Shown here piece by piece: positions 1 through 7,797 of a DNA stretch of 20,000 nt. Position 1 is the stretch's first letter. The number at the start of each line of letters is the position of its first letter. The DNA lies in IMG/VR virus record IMGVR_UViG_3300024301_001491; one strand, given 5' to 3'. A model generated the notes under the pieces. The model was not told the origin of the DNA. It was given only the letters and a program-made list of their open reading frames with translations, and did not search any database. The stretch is from an uncultured virus (IMG/VR IMGVR_UViG_3300024301_001491). Its lineage: Duplodnaviria; Heunggongvirae; Uroviricota; Caudoviricetes. Position numbers and translations under genes: made by a program.

Positions 1-163
1 TGCGACGATCGAATGTATCACCTAGGATGTATACAGATGATACACCCTTCTCCACTATGGAAGGGAAGAAAACATTATCATAGAATTTCTGATAGTAATC
101 TAGACACTGTCCACTATCACCACGCGCACCAAAGTGTTGATCAGTTATTACTGCTATCGTCAT
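1..163 (-). CDS. gp47: Recombination endonuclease subunit (Mre11/SbcD-like), N-terminal part, truncated by the window edge
   Basis: Not in the ORF track. Manual translation from ATG at 163 gives MTIAVITDQHFGARGDSGQCLDYYQKFYDNVFFPSIVEKGVSSVYILGDTFDRR, with metallophosphoesterase motifs DxHxG and GDxFD. It follows gp55 as in T4-like phages and overlaps the gp55 3' end by 23 nt. Confidence 0.93.
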   Translation of the reverse strand, partial: MTIAVITDQHFGARGDSGQCLDYYQKFYDNVFFPSIVEKGVSSVYILGDTFDRR

Positions 164-704
164 TTACAGGTTCTCCATCATCAATAAATTTTACTAAAGA
201 CTGATCATCTTTAGTAACTGGTTTTTTCTTTTCCTTCTTACGAATGAAAGAATCATCAAAATTGGAATGAGTCTGAACGAATGACAAATAGTTATTAATG
301 AATTCGCCTTCGTCGTGATCTTGAGTCTCGAAAGAATCAAATGGCATTTCCTGAATCATCTTGCCTTTGATGTAAGATTGCTTCTTTTCTTTTTGGATAC
401 GACGCAAAAATGCGTAATAGATTACCTGAGTAAAATATGCAAATGGATTAGAAGATTTTTCAGGATTGAAACTATCAATACACATAACACAGTTTTCAAT
501 ACCATCGCTAATCATATCATCACGATACGAATAGTTAATAAAATTTGGTTTATGCGATAGTTTTGTTGCAATCATAAGTACACACTTACCAAGGTACTCA
601 GGTATCCTTGGATGTGTTGTATCATTTTCTTTAGCCGTCTTGAGTGCTAGCTTATATTCTTTAATAGCCGCAAGCATTTCCGCGTTGTTTACGTAATGTG
701 CCAT
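141..704 (-). CDS. gp55: Late-transcription sigma factor
   Basis: Motifs HYVNN, LSHKPNFINYSYRDDMISDGIENC and FNPEKSSNPFAYFTQVIYYAFLRRIQKEKKQ are typical of T4-like gp55. AAGGA SD upstream. Confidence 0.96.
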   Translation of the reverse strand: MAHYVNNAEMLAAIKEYKLALKTAKENDTTHPRIPEYLGKCVLMIATKLSHKPNFINYSYRDDMISDGIENCVMCIDSFNPEKSSNPFAYFTQVIYYAFLRRIQKEKKQSYIKGKMIQEMPFDSFETQDHDEGEFINNYLSFVQTHSNFDDSFIRKKEKKKPVTKDDQSLVKFIDDGEPVNDDSSNN

Positions 705-723
705 ATGTGTTCCTTTATCATAT

Positions 724-729
724 ATTATA
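724..729 (-). promoter_or_regulatory. Putative sigma70-type -10 box (TATAAT) upstream of gp55
   Basis: TATAAT on the minus strand about 20 nt upstream of the gp55 ATG in an AT-rich gap. No clear -35. Confidence 0.45.
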
Positions 730-744
730 TACTATATTTGTATA

Positions 745-1137
745 TTAATGCATGATCTTTTTTGAATTTTGAAGAACTGCGTCGATATCAATACCTTCTT
801 TTTTCTCTTCCTCAGAACCAGCTTCAAAGTCTTTTATAGTGATAGCATTGATATCAACGTTATACATTTCATCCGAGGTCTTAATATAAAAATCTGCAAT
901 CTTGGAAAGAGCCTCTACACAGTAGAGTATATGGTCTCCGCGGAAGTCAAATACTTCTTCTTTAGCAAACTGACTGTACATTGAAATTACTGGGTTCTCC
1001 ACGAGTTGACCGCCAACAACGCTAGGAGTCATTTTAACTTCAAGAGGTCGATTGATGGAAATATACACTTGGTCTTTATCGATATATTCACCAAGTAATG
1101 TTTCTCCGTTTATAAGTTTAATTATTACGACTTTCAA
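745..1137 (-). CDS. Hypothetical protein between uvsW and gp55, possibly Sm-like fold at the N-terminus
   Basis: 130-aa ORF with TTG start overlapping the uvsW TGA (TTGA) and GGAG upstream. N-terminal IIKLINGETLLG resembles small beta-barrel proteins seen at this locus in marine T4-like phages. Confidence 0.75.
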   Translation of the reverse strand: MKVVIIKLINGETLLGEYIDKDQVYISINRPLEVKMTPSVVGGQLVENPVISMYSQFAKEEVFDFRGDHILYCVEALSKIADFYIKTSDEMYNVDINAITIKDFEAGSEEEKKEGIDIDAVLQNSKKIMH

Positions 1138-2612
1138 AGATCTATCTCCATAAGTTTATACTTAAACTGTTCTTCAGAATATATCTTAAGACGTTCAGTT
1201 AGGTGGTTTAATGTGTGGTTTTTCTTAGACTTCCAAGAAAGATCATCGGAGATATCAAACAAGTTACAGTGGGTCTTTCCGTTCTTCAGGCGTAGACCAC
1301 GACCAATCGACTGGAGGTTACGAATCTTAGACTTCGATGGTGAAGCAAAAATAACGTTCTCAATCGATGGAATGTTAATACCAGTAGAGAATACTCCGTA
1401 TGATGCAATAATTATAACATCATCATTCTTTTCCGTGATCCTACGAGCTTCCTCTCTTGCCTCAACATCGGTACCGCCATAGACAAAATAAATTTTACGA
1501 GTATCACCGACCTTATCACGAATCATGTCATGTAAGATCTTGCCGTGTTTTTCTACGTATTGAAACAATAACAACGTATTGCCTTCACAATTTATAGTGA
1601 GGTTACGTATAAACTTATTACGCTTTTCATGCTGCACAATGAAGTTCATCTCATTCTGATAGCTAGCACCCTTGAGCAATTTACGTGACTCGTCATCATA
1701 CTTCAACATCAAGCACTTGATTTTTAGAGCTGCAACCTGGTTGTTGTCCATAAGCTCTTTGGTTGTAATAACCTTGTGAACTGGTCCAAATACACCTTCA
1801 AGAACTAGCTTGTTTGCGTTCTTTGCATCAATAGTTCCAGTAGTACCGATGCGGTATCTAGTCTCGCTCATCTTATCCATGGCAGAAGTCAATGACTTTG
1901 CTTTAAACAAGTGGGCTTCATCACCGAAACACACATCAAACTGTTTAAACCACGCTGCTGGTTGCTTATAGACAGATTGCCATGTGGTAATCAACACGTT
2001 AGAACTTACATCGCGAGTAAATCCGCTATAAAGTTTTTGGCAATGTTTCTCTACATTCCATCCGTTTCCAGTAGAGTAATCTACAAAATCTGCATACATC
2101 TGTTCAACAAGACTGGTTGTTGGAACTATGATGATACACTTTCTATCGTGTTCCAAATGATAGCGCATAGTGCTGTAAATGATGAGAGACTTACCTGATG
2201 CAGTCGGAGAGAGTAACAAAGCTCTTTCATTCTCAATAGCATGGTGGACAGCTTCTATCTGGTAATCACGCGGAGTGATTGGTACACCACGAGAGCATGG
2301 ATTCAACCACTGTATGAATTCCTGCACTTTAGGTAAACCAATATCGGTCTTAGTTAGTACCTCACCATCGTGCGCATACTTATAGCCGTTCTTTTCACAA
2401 AACTTAACCACGTAGTTATACAGACCTTTTTGCAATGTCTTGCGGTGTATATCATACATGCGAATCTTTCCATCCCACATCTTGGCTTTATACATTGGAG
2501 TATAACGAGCACCAGGAACGTCAAACGTAAAGAAGTCTCTGAGCTCTTGTTCAATGCTATCATCGCCAATAACACGGATAGTTGATTCGTTAAGTTTAGT
2601 AATTGTAATCAT
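1134..2612 (-). CDS. uvsW: SF2 DNA helicase UvsW
   Basis: Walker A PTASGKS, DEAH, TGT and QSIGRGLR motifs. Start moved to ATG 2612 (MITITKLNES), which overlaps the uvsY stop as ATGA. Confidence 0.96.
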   Translation of the reverse strand: MITITKLNESTIRVIGDDSIEQELRDFFTFDVPGARYTPMYKAKMWDGKIRMYDIHRKTLQKGLYNYVVKFCEKNGYKYAHDGEVLTKTDIGLPKVQEFIQWLNPCSRGVPITPRDYQIEAVHHAIENERALLLSPTASGKSLIIYSTMRYHLEHDRKCIIIVPTTSLVEQMYADFVDYSTGNGWNVEKHCQKLYSGFTRDVSSNVLITTWQSVYKQPAAWFKQFDVCFGDEAHLFKAKSLTSAMDKMSETRYRIGTTGTIDAKNANKLVLEGVFGPVHKVITTKELMDNNQVAALKIKCLMLKYDDESRKLLKGASYQNEMNFIVQHEKRNKFIRNLTINCEGNTLLLFQYVEKHGKILHDMIRDKVGDTRKIYFVYGGTDVEAREEARRITEKNDDVIIIASYGVFSTGINIPSIENVIFASPSKSKIRNLQSIGRGLRLKNGKTHCNLFDISDDLSWKSKKNHTLNHLTERLKIYSEEQFKYKLMEIDL

Positions 2613-3046
2613 TGGCCAGTGATGAATTTCTTCCATTCAATGGAGTTGCGGATCTGCCAATCACGAGCTTTAATTTGATTCATCATAGACTCTACGCCTT
2701 GGATCATATTTTCCAAGTATTGACACTTAATCGTAATTTTGTTCAAGTCGGCATCGCCATCAAGGAACTCGTTCATGTCAGACTTAAGTGGCTTAACACC
2801 TTGCCACTGTTCCCATCCATATTGTTCGAGCTCAACTTTGCCCATCTCGCCACGATAGTAACGAAATTTAGTTTGTCGTAGGGTACTGTATTCCACCTTC
2901 AATGCAGACAACTTCATCTTGTAAGTCATCATGATACGAAGGTATTTGGAATGTATGTTGGGTGTACGTATAGACTCTCGATCGAGGTTGTCCCCGTCGA
3001 CTGTACTATCTTTTTCCCATTGATCAATTAGTTCATCTAAAGTCAT
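2609..3046 (-). CDS. uvsY: Recombination mediator protein UvsY
   Basis: Helical 145-aa protein with ESIRTPNIHSKY, YYRGE and RDWQIRNSIEWKKF motifs, directly upstream of uvsW. Confidence 0.93.
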   Translation of the reverse strand: MTLDELIDQWEKDSTVDGDNLDRESIRTPNIHSKYLRIMMTYKMKLSALKVEYSTLRQTKFRYYRGEMGKVELEQYGWEQWQGVKPLKSDMNEFLDGDADLNKITIKCQYLENMIQGVESMMNQIKARDWQIRNSIEWKKFITGQ

Positions 3047-3076
3047 AATTTTCCACTATCCATAACGAATAACCAT

Positions 3077-3085
3077 ATTATATCA
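3077..3085 (-). promoter_or_regulatory. Extended -10 promoter (TGaTATAAT) for the uvsY-uvsW operon (early/middle type)
   Basis: Perfect TGnTATAAT on the minus strand 30 nt upstream of the uvsY ATG. Confidence 0.65.
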
Positions 3086-3139
3086 CAAGGAGGAATATTC
3101 TAATTCATCCACTTCGAGTAGTTTAATAGGCTACTCACA

Positions 3140-3170
3140 GTATAATGTATCTCTGGATACAAATAATTAA
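3140..3170. repeat. 31-bp dispersed direct repeat, copy 1, with palindromic core GTATC-N4-GATAC
   Basis: gtataatgtatctctggatacaaataattaa, 29/31 identical to 13991-14021. Confidence 0.9.
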
Positions 3171-3704
3171 TTATGAAAATGTATATATCGTGTATGCAAA
3201 AGTTGCAGCACCAATCATGACTTGTACATCATCAATAGTAGATGAGAAAGTCAATGACTCTATGTTTAAAGGATAACAATCTTTGAATGTAACAGTTGCA
3301 CTTTTATTGTTATTATTATCTAATATGGCTAAAGTGGCATCTGACACCATAGATGATACATCAGTAGTTTGAAACGTCTGTTGCGCTTTAAAAGAAGTAA
3401 ACTGTAAATTATCTTCTGGGTAAGCAATACCAGTCAACCAACTATAAACAGCTTGATAGTTAAGCATACCCGTATCAACCACGAACTCTATCCGTAATGG
3501 TTCGAAGTCTAAAGTATCTCCAGGTACTGGTACTCGAACCAATGGGTTCATGAATTCAGTATTTCCTAGATTAATAGATGGCAATGATACCTGCTGACAG
3601 AAGTACGTCAACTCTGGCAATTTTTGAATGTTGAACATGTATCCCGCTGGGGACAACGAGTTTATTCCAGCTGGTAATGGACAGGCTAAAGTTCTGATGG
3701 TCAT
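3171..3704 (-). CDS. gp3: Tail completion / tail tube terminator protein
   Basis: Motifs LSPAGYMFNI.KLP..TYFCQ.V.LP.I.LG, PGD.LDFEPL.IEF.VD and NYQAVYSWL. Position after gp23. Start set at ATG 3704, behind GAGGA and a late promoter. Confidence 0.9.
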   Translation of the reverse strand: MTIRTLACPLPAGINSLSPAGYMFNIQKLPELTYFCQQVSLPSINLGNTEFMNPLVRVPVPGDTLDFEPLRIEFVVDTGMLNYQAVYSWLTGIAYPEDNLQFTSFKAQQTFQTTDVSSMVSDATLAILDNNNNKSATVTFKDCYPLNIESLTFSSTIDDVQVMIGAATFAYTIYTFS

Positions 3705-3725
3705 ATGATTATCCTCATGATACAC

Positions 3726-3733
3726 TATTTATA
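3726..3733 (-). promoter_or_regulatory. T4-type late promoter TATAAATA (gp3)
   Basis: Exact gp55 consensus in an intergenic position just downstream of the gp23 terminator. Confidence 0.88.
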
Positions 3734-3735
3734 AT

Positions 3736-3765
3736 AAAAAAAAAGGGATCCCGAAGGATCCCTTT
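3736..3765 (-). terminator. Rho-independent terminator after gp23
   Basis: Minus strand reads AAAGGGATCC-TTCG-GGATCCC followed by T9: a C(UUCG)G tetraloop hairpin characteristic of T4-like terminators. Confidence 0.95.
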
Positions 3766-3793
3766 AAATACCTATCTACGTAGGTTTCGTCAA

Positions 3794-5038
3794 TTACATC
3801 AAGTTAGTAACTGTTACCTTGCGGTAGTAAACGTTAGCGCCAGCTGACAAGCTAGTGAATGGGTTTGCAACCATACCGTAGCGAGTCTTGAAGCCAATCT
3901 TTGGCTGGAACGTAGCTGGATCGATAGCACGAACTTTCTCCAATGGAACGTACGGGCAGTAGAACATACCAGCGTCGAATGCAGAAGTACCCTTGTAACC
4001 AACCAAGAAGAATTGGTCAGCAGCAGTTGTGCTGAAGTATGGGTCAACATACACTTTGTACTTGCCGTTCAACACACCAGCGAAGGTTGTTGAAGACTCG
4101 TCAACGTTCAAGCCAGTAGACAATGCAGGAGTGTAATCCAACACGCCGGCCATGGCCAAGGCAGAAGCTACGTCAGCAGAAGTAACGATGAAGTTACCAC
4201 GGCCACGACGTGTTTCTTTGGCGATCAAGTTAGCTTCGCGTTCGATTTGGAACATCAAGCCCTTGAACTTCTCAACTGACCAACGGCCGCTAGAGTCAAC
4301 GTCTAGGTTGAATGTACCAGCAACGGCTGTACCGTTTTGTGCACCAACTTTAGCAGCTGTGTACATTGTACGAACAACTTCACGGTTGATTTCTTGGGTG
4401 ATCTCTGTTGAGAGAATGTTGCTCAATTCGCCTTCGGCGTCTAGACCGTGAACAGCCTTCAAGTCTTGAGCAAGTTCAACAGTGTACTCAGCACGCAATG
4501 CACGTGTCTTAGCAACAACTGATGTACGCTCGATTGAGAAAGCCATTTGACCGAACGTACCGTTCTCGCCTAGGTCTTCAGAAGAAGCAGTAGACATACC
4601 AGTACCAGCTGGATGAGCACCTGTACCAGCGAAACCAGTATCGGCTTCGTTGAACAATGCTTCAGCACCTGCTTGGTCTTCGTAACGGCTCTTCATTGCG
4701 AAGATCAAACCGGTAGGTTGTGTCATTGGCTGAACACCGCAAATGTCATAAGCGATCATTTGTGGAGCTGCACGACGAACCAAGCTGATTAGAACTGGAT
4801 CGTAGCCGTCAACGCCTGAACCAGCTGCATTAGCTTGTCCACCAGCGATAGAACCACCACCTTGGTTAGCGATAGAAGAAGTTTCGAAAAGTGCTTGAGC
4901 ACCTTCATGCATCGCACGCTCTTGGTTTTCCAAGAGTTGAGCGGTAACTTCACGACGGTATTGGTCACCAATTTTAGAAACGCCTTCCGCTTCTAGGATT
5001 GGGGACCACTTTTTCAATAATTCTGGACGTGTTGCCAT
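3794..5038 (-). CDS. gp23: Major capsid protein
   Basis: Motifs KKWSPIL, LLENQE, YDPVLISLVRR, DICGVQPM..PTGLIFAM, EINRE, YCPYVPL and FQPKIGFKTRYG. Confidence 0.99.
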   Translation of the reverse strand: MATRPELLKKWSPILEAEGVSKIGDQYRREVTAQLLENQERAMHEGAQALFETSSIANQGGGSIAGGQANAAGSGVDGYDPVLISLVRRAAPQMIAYDICGVQPMTQPTGLIFAMKSRYEDQAGAEALFNEADTGFAGTGAHPAGTGMSTASSEDLGENGTFGQMAFSIERTSVVAKTRALRAEYTVELAQDLKAVHGLDAEGELSNILSTEITQEINREVVRTMYTAAKVGAQNGTAVAGTFNLDVDSSGRWSVEKFKGLMFQIEREANLIAKETRRGRGNFIVTSADVASALAMAGVLDYTPALSTGLNVDESSTTFAGVLNGKYKVYVDPYFSTTAADQFFLVGYKGTSAFDAGMFYCPYVPLEKVRAIDPATFQPKIGFKTRYGMVANPFTSLSAGANVYYRKVTVTNLM

Positions 5039-5068
5039 TTTATATTTTCCTTTAAAAGATTTAATAGA

Positions 5069-5980
5069 TTACTTAGATGACCTAAACGCTGTTAAGTATC
5101 TTTCCATGCGAGGGTCGATTTGAGCTTTTACGCTCTCGTCTAATTGCTCGACTGGTTCATCAGTTACGACAGTATCAACTTTGGCAGTTTGCTGCTTCTG
5201 GCCGAAATAGTTTTCTTTGATAGTTTCAAGCTTTGTTTTAAAAGTTTCAGAGTCTTCAAAAGATAACTCTTCGGCTAAAGCTTTGAACTTTTCAGCGTCT
5301 GTATCTGCTAACTGTGAAGAAACTTCATCAATTGCAGAAACTCGTACCATCTGGTTCAACTTGGCGGACAAATCTACGTTAGTAGATAGTTGCTCGTCTA
5401 GCTTAGATTTCATGTCAACAATCTCTTGCTGCATATCACCTAAGATGTCAAACTTGTCTTCAGGTACTTCGATATAGTGCTCTTGGAACAAACCCTTCAT
5501 GCCGCTTACGAAGCTTTCTAGGATTTCATTCTTTAAGCCATTTTCAAGGGCGATTTCATTATCAGTCATCCACTGCTCAACAACGTAGTTGAGATATCCA
5601 TCAACTTTTTCAACTAACCCATCTTTGATTTCTTCAACTTGTTCAGCAAGTTGAGTTTCAAACTGTTCTTCGAGTTTAGCCATTTCTGACTTAACACGAG
5701 TTACCACAGCAGCTTCGAAAATCGTAGCAGCTTTGGTTTTAAATTCTTCGCTAAGTTCTTCGCCGTTAACTAAAGCAGCAACGTCAGCAGAAACGTCAAC
5801 TGATAACTCAGCGGTTTCTTCTTGGGCTTCTTCAGCAACAACTTCAACTTGCTCTTCCGTAGCGGCTTCTTCAGCTACTACTTCTTCAGTTGCCTCTTCA
5901 GCAACAACTTCTTGTGACTCTTCAGCCTGGAGCTTTTCAGACTCTTCCATTAGCTGAGCGATTTTTTGATCAATTGACAT
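5069..5980 (-). CDS. gp22: Prohead core scaffolding protein
   Basis: Acidic coiled-coil protein with ELSEEFKTKAATIFEAAV and VDGYLNYVVEQWM motifs, between gp21 and gp23. Confidence 0.95.
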   Translation of the reverse strand: MSIDQKIAQLMEESEKLQAEESQEVVAEEATEEVVAEEAATEEQVEVVAEEAQEETAELSVDVSADVAALVNGEELSEEFKTKAATIFEAAVVTRVKSEMAKLEEQFETQLAEQVEEIKDGLVEKVDGYLNYVVEQWMTDNEIALENGLKNEILESFVSGMKGLFQEHYIEVPEDKFDILGDMQQEIVDMKSKLDEQLSTNVDLSAKLNQMVRVSAIDEVSSQLADTDAEKFKALAEELSFEDSETFKTKLETIKENYFGQKQQTAKVDTVVTDEPVEQLDESVKAQIDPRMERYLTAFRSSK

Positions 5981-6023
5981 GTGTAATCTCCTATTGATTG
6001 GATATATCCAATGGTGTTAATAT

Positions 6024-6031
6024 TATTTATT
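6024..6031 (-). promoter_or_regulatory. Probable late promoter variant AATAAATA for gp22-gp23
   Basis: 7/8 match to TATAAATA, overlapping the gp21 stop codon, 43 nt upstream of the gp22 ATG. Confidence 0.55.
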
Positions 6032-6683
6032 ACTTTAAAGAATTCAAGAATTTTTCAAAAGCAACAGCTGATACTTCAGTCAAGTGCTTTGTTGAAGTAC
6101 TTTTGATTAACTTTCGAGTTTGTTCTATCTGCTTTTCCACGTATTTCCCATCGACATAAACCCATTCGTGACCTTCCATGATACCTCTTACGAAAGCATC
6201 AGGCGCTGAAGGATCAGCGACAATATCAGCAGCAGTAGAAAGGACAAAATCGTCTTGTACGACTTGTATTCCATCCCTGTTGGTTTTTAACGAACCGAGC
6301 GCTCTGCTAGATACACCAAGATTAGCACCGCCATCTAGTAAGCCACGAGCAATCTGTCCCATAGGAGTTGCAAGTACTTTAGCTTTACCAATCCAATTTG
6401 TACCTTCTTTTCTCAAATCTGTGATAATGTGTGACACACGATCTAGATTGATACTTGGTGTATCAGGATGACCTAATTCACCATAAGCACGTTTTTGGTT
6501 AACGTAATTTTCCACATAACTCTTAACCGCATTATCCATCGTAGGCTCTGGGTACATACGACCATTACGGTTTTTTAATTCTGATTGAAGAAAAATACCT
6601 TCGATGAAGTATTCTTTTTCTTGTCCTAGTTTGTTTTCCGTAATTAAATTTACGGATTCAACTACTTCTCTAATAAGTTTCAT
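6030..6683 (-). CDS. gp21: Prohead maturation protease
   Basis: MKLIRE start and motifs IEGIFLQ, NRNGRMYP, GELGHP, GVSSRALGS and DIVADPSAPDAFV. Confidence 0.98.
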   Translation of the reverse strand: MKLIREVVESVNLITENKLGQEKEYFIEGIFLQSELKNRNGRMYPEPTMDNAVKSYVENYVNQKRAYGELGHPDTPSINLDRVSHIITDLRKEGTNWIGKAKVLATPMGQIARGLLDGGANLGVSSRALGSLKTNRDGIQVVQDDFVLSTAADIVADPSAPDAFVRGIMEGHEWVYVDGKYVEKQIEQTRKLIKSTSTKHLTEVSAVAFEKFLNSLK

Positions 6684-6695
6684 GAAATACTCCTA

Positions 6696-7094
6696 TTAGT
6701 ATGGAATAGTTGTGTACTGCTGAGGATCGGCGGTTGAGTAACCATCATCTTTTCTCAACAATAAGTATACTTGCATATCGCCACTAGTGACAATCTTGAT
6801 ATCTTCCGTCGGAGTAACCGATTCAGAAAATTCAGATCCAGCAAAATTGATAGTGGTTGCGCACTCGCCTTGAACAATTGCAATCGGCACTGCGGAAGTG
6901 CCACGCGTGATTGTGGCGTATGCTCCCGCAGCTCCCATCCATGTGATTGATAGAATGCTAACTGATTGTGTTTGATCAATAGTTTCAGCTGCTAATTTGC
7001 AATCGGACGCCAACGTAATTGTTTCAGTTACGTCAGTCCCGTTTACTTTAACGGCAACCTTCTTGTCTGTTAGTTTTAAAATGTGTTTTGCCAT
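6696..7094 (-). CDS. Hypothetical protein in head-assembly cluster
   Basis: 132-aa beta-rich ORF tightly packed between its neighbours on the coding strand. No recognised family. Confidence 0.75.
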   Translation of the reverse strand: MAKHILKLTDKKVAVKVNGTDVTETITLASDCKLAAETIDQTQSVSILSITWMGAAGAYATITRGTSAVPIAIVQGECATTINFAGSEFSESVTPTEDIKIVTSGDMQVYLLLRKDDGYSTADPQQYTTIPY

Positions 7095-7096
7095 AG

Positions 7097-7606
7097 TTAT
7101 CTTCCAAGTTCTTGTATTACAGCAACAAAGTTGTCTTTAGACTGTTTCATAAAATCTACTAATTTATATTTATCTACATTTAAAGATAGCAATTTTTTGA
7201 TAGTAGATTCATTGATTGCGACCACAGAATTATCATTTAAGATAAATTCGGTTTTACCGTAAATAGAAGATTTACCTTCTTTAAGTTCTAATACAACCGG
7301 ATCTAGAGTAAATTCTCCTGCAAGAATTAACTCTTTATATGACTCTACTAATGTATTCGTCAGCTTGATTCCATGGTGTCGCATCGCAGTATTTACGATA
7401 GACTCCGTAGTAACAACTTCGGCAGTCTCTAAAACGACTATAGAATCAATGTATGACTTAGCATACAATTTACCTGCACCATTGCTGATGCAGTCTTCTA
7501 ATATTAGTTCCGAATCGACATATACGTTATTTTCGGATATAGTGATGACATGGCCTTTATATGCTACGTCATCACTTGGTTTTCTCATGGAACTAATGAA
7601 TTTCAT
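7097..7606 (-). CDS. Hypothetical protein, possible prohead core/internal protein (gp68 position)
   Basis: 169-aa ORF whose start overlaps the upstream stop (TAATG). Contains several hydrophobic-x-E motifs. Confidence 0.7.
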   Translation of the reverse strand: MKFISSMRKPSDDVAYKGHVITISENNVYVDSELILEDCISNGAGKLYAKSYIDSIVVLETAEVVTTESIVNTAMRHHGIKLTNTLVESYKELILAGEFTLDPVVLELKEGKSSIYGKTEFILNDNSVVAINESTIKKLLSLNVDKYKLVDFMKQSKDNFVAVIQELGR

Positions 7607-7797
7607 TATTCTGTTTCTTCTGGGGCAATAGCCTCTACAGCTTCGGGTGCCGGATTGAACATACTATTAGCAATGCTCATCTTCATGGCATCTAGGCCGC
7701 CTGAAATACGTTCTGACATTGCTGCATCAAACGTAGTTTCGATTGACAATGAATCTCCGCTAATTAAAGCATCAACTAAATTACGGGTTGTAGACAT
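7606..7797 (-). CDS. gp67: Small acidic prohead core protein (gp67-like)
   Basis: 63-aa helical acidic ORF directly after the portal gene. ATG 7797 is preceded by AGGAGG and overlaps the gp20 3' end. Confidence 0.7.
   Translation of the reverse strand: MSTTRNLVDALISGDSLSIETTFDAAMSERISGGLDAMKMSIANSMFNPAPEAVEAIAPEETE

Noticed and set aside
2613..2636. ORF-track upstream start for uvsW (also 3725 for gp3 and 7803 for gp67-like)
   Set aside because: Downstream ATGs fit the ATGA overlap, SD position or late-promoter position better.
3087..3093. Plus-strand AAGGAGG resembling an SD
   Set aside because: No start codon at suitable spacing. It falls in the spacer of the minus-strand uvsY promoter.
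3770..3785. Small ACCTA/TAGGT hairpin after gp23
   Set aside because: Only a 5-bp stem, and the strong terminator next to it already explains the region.
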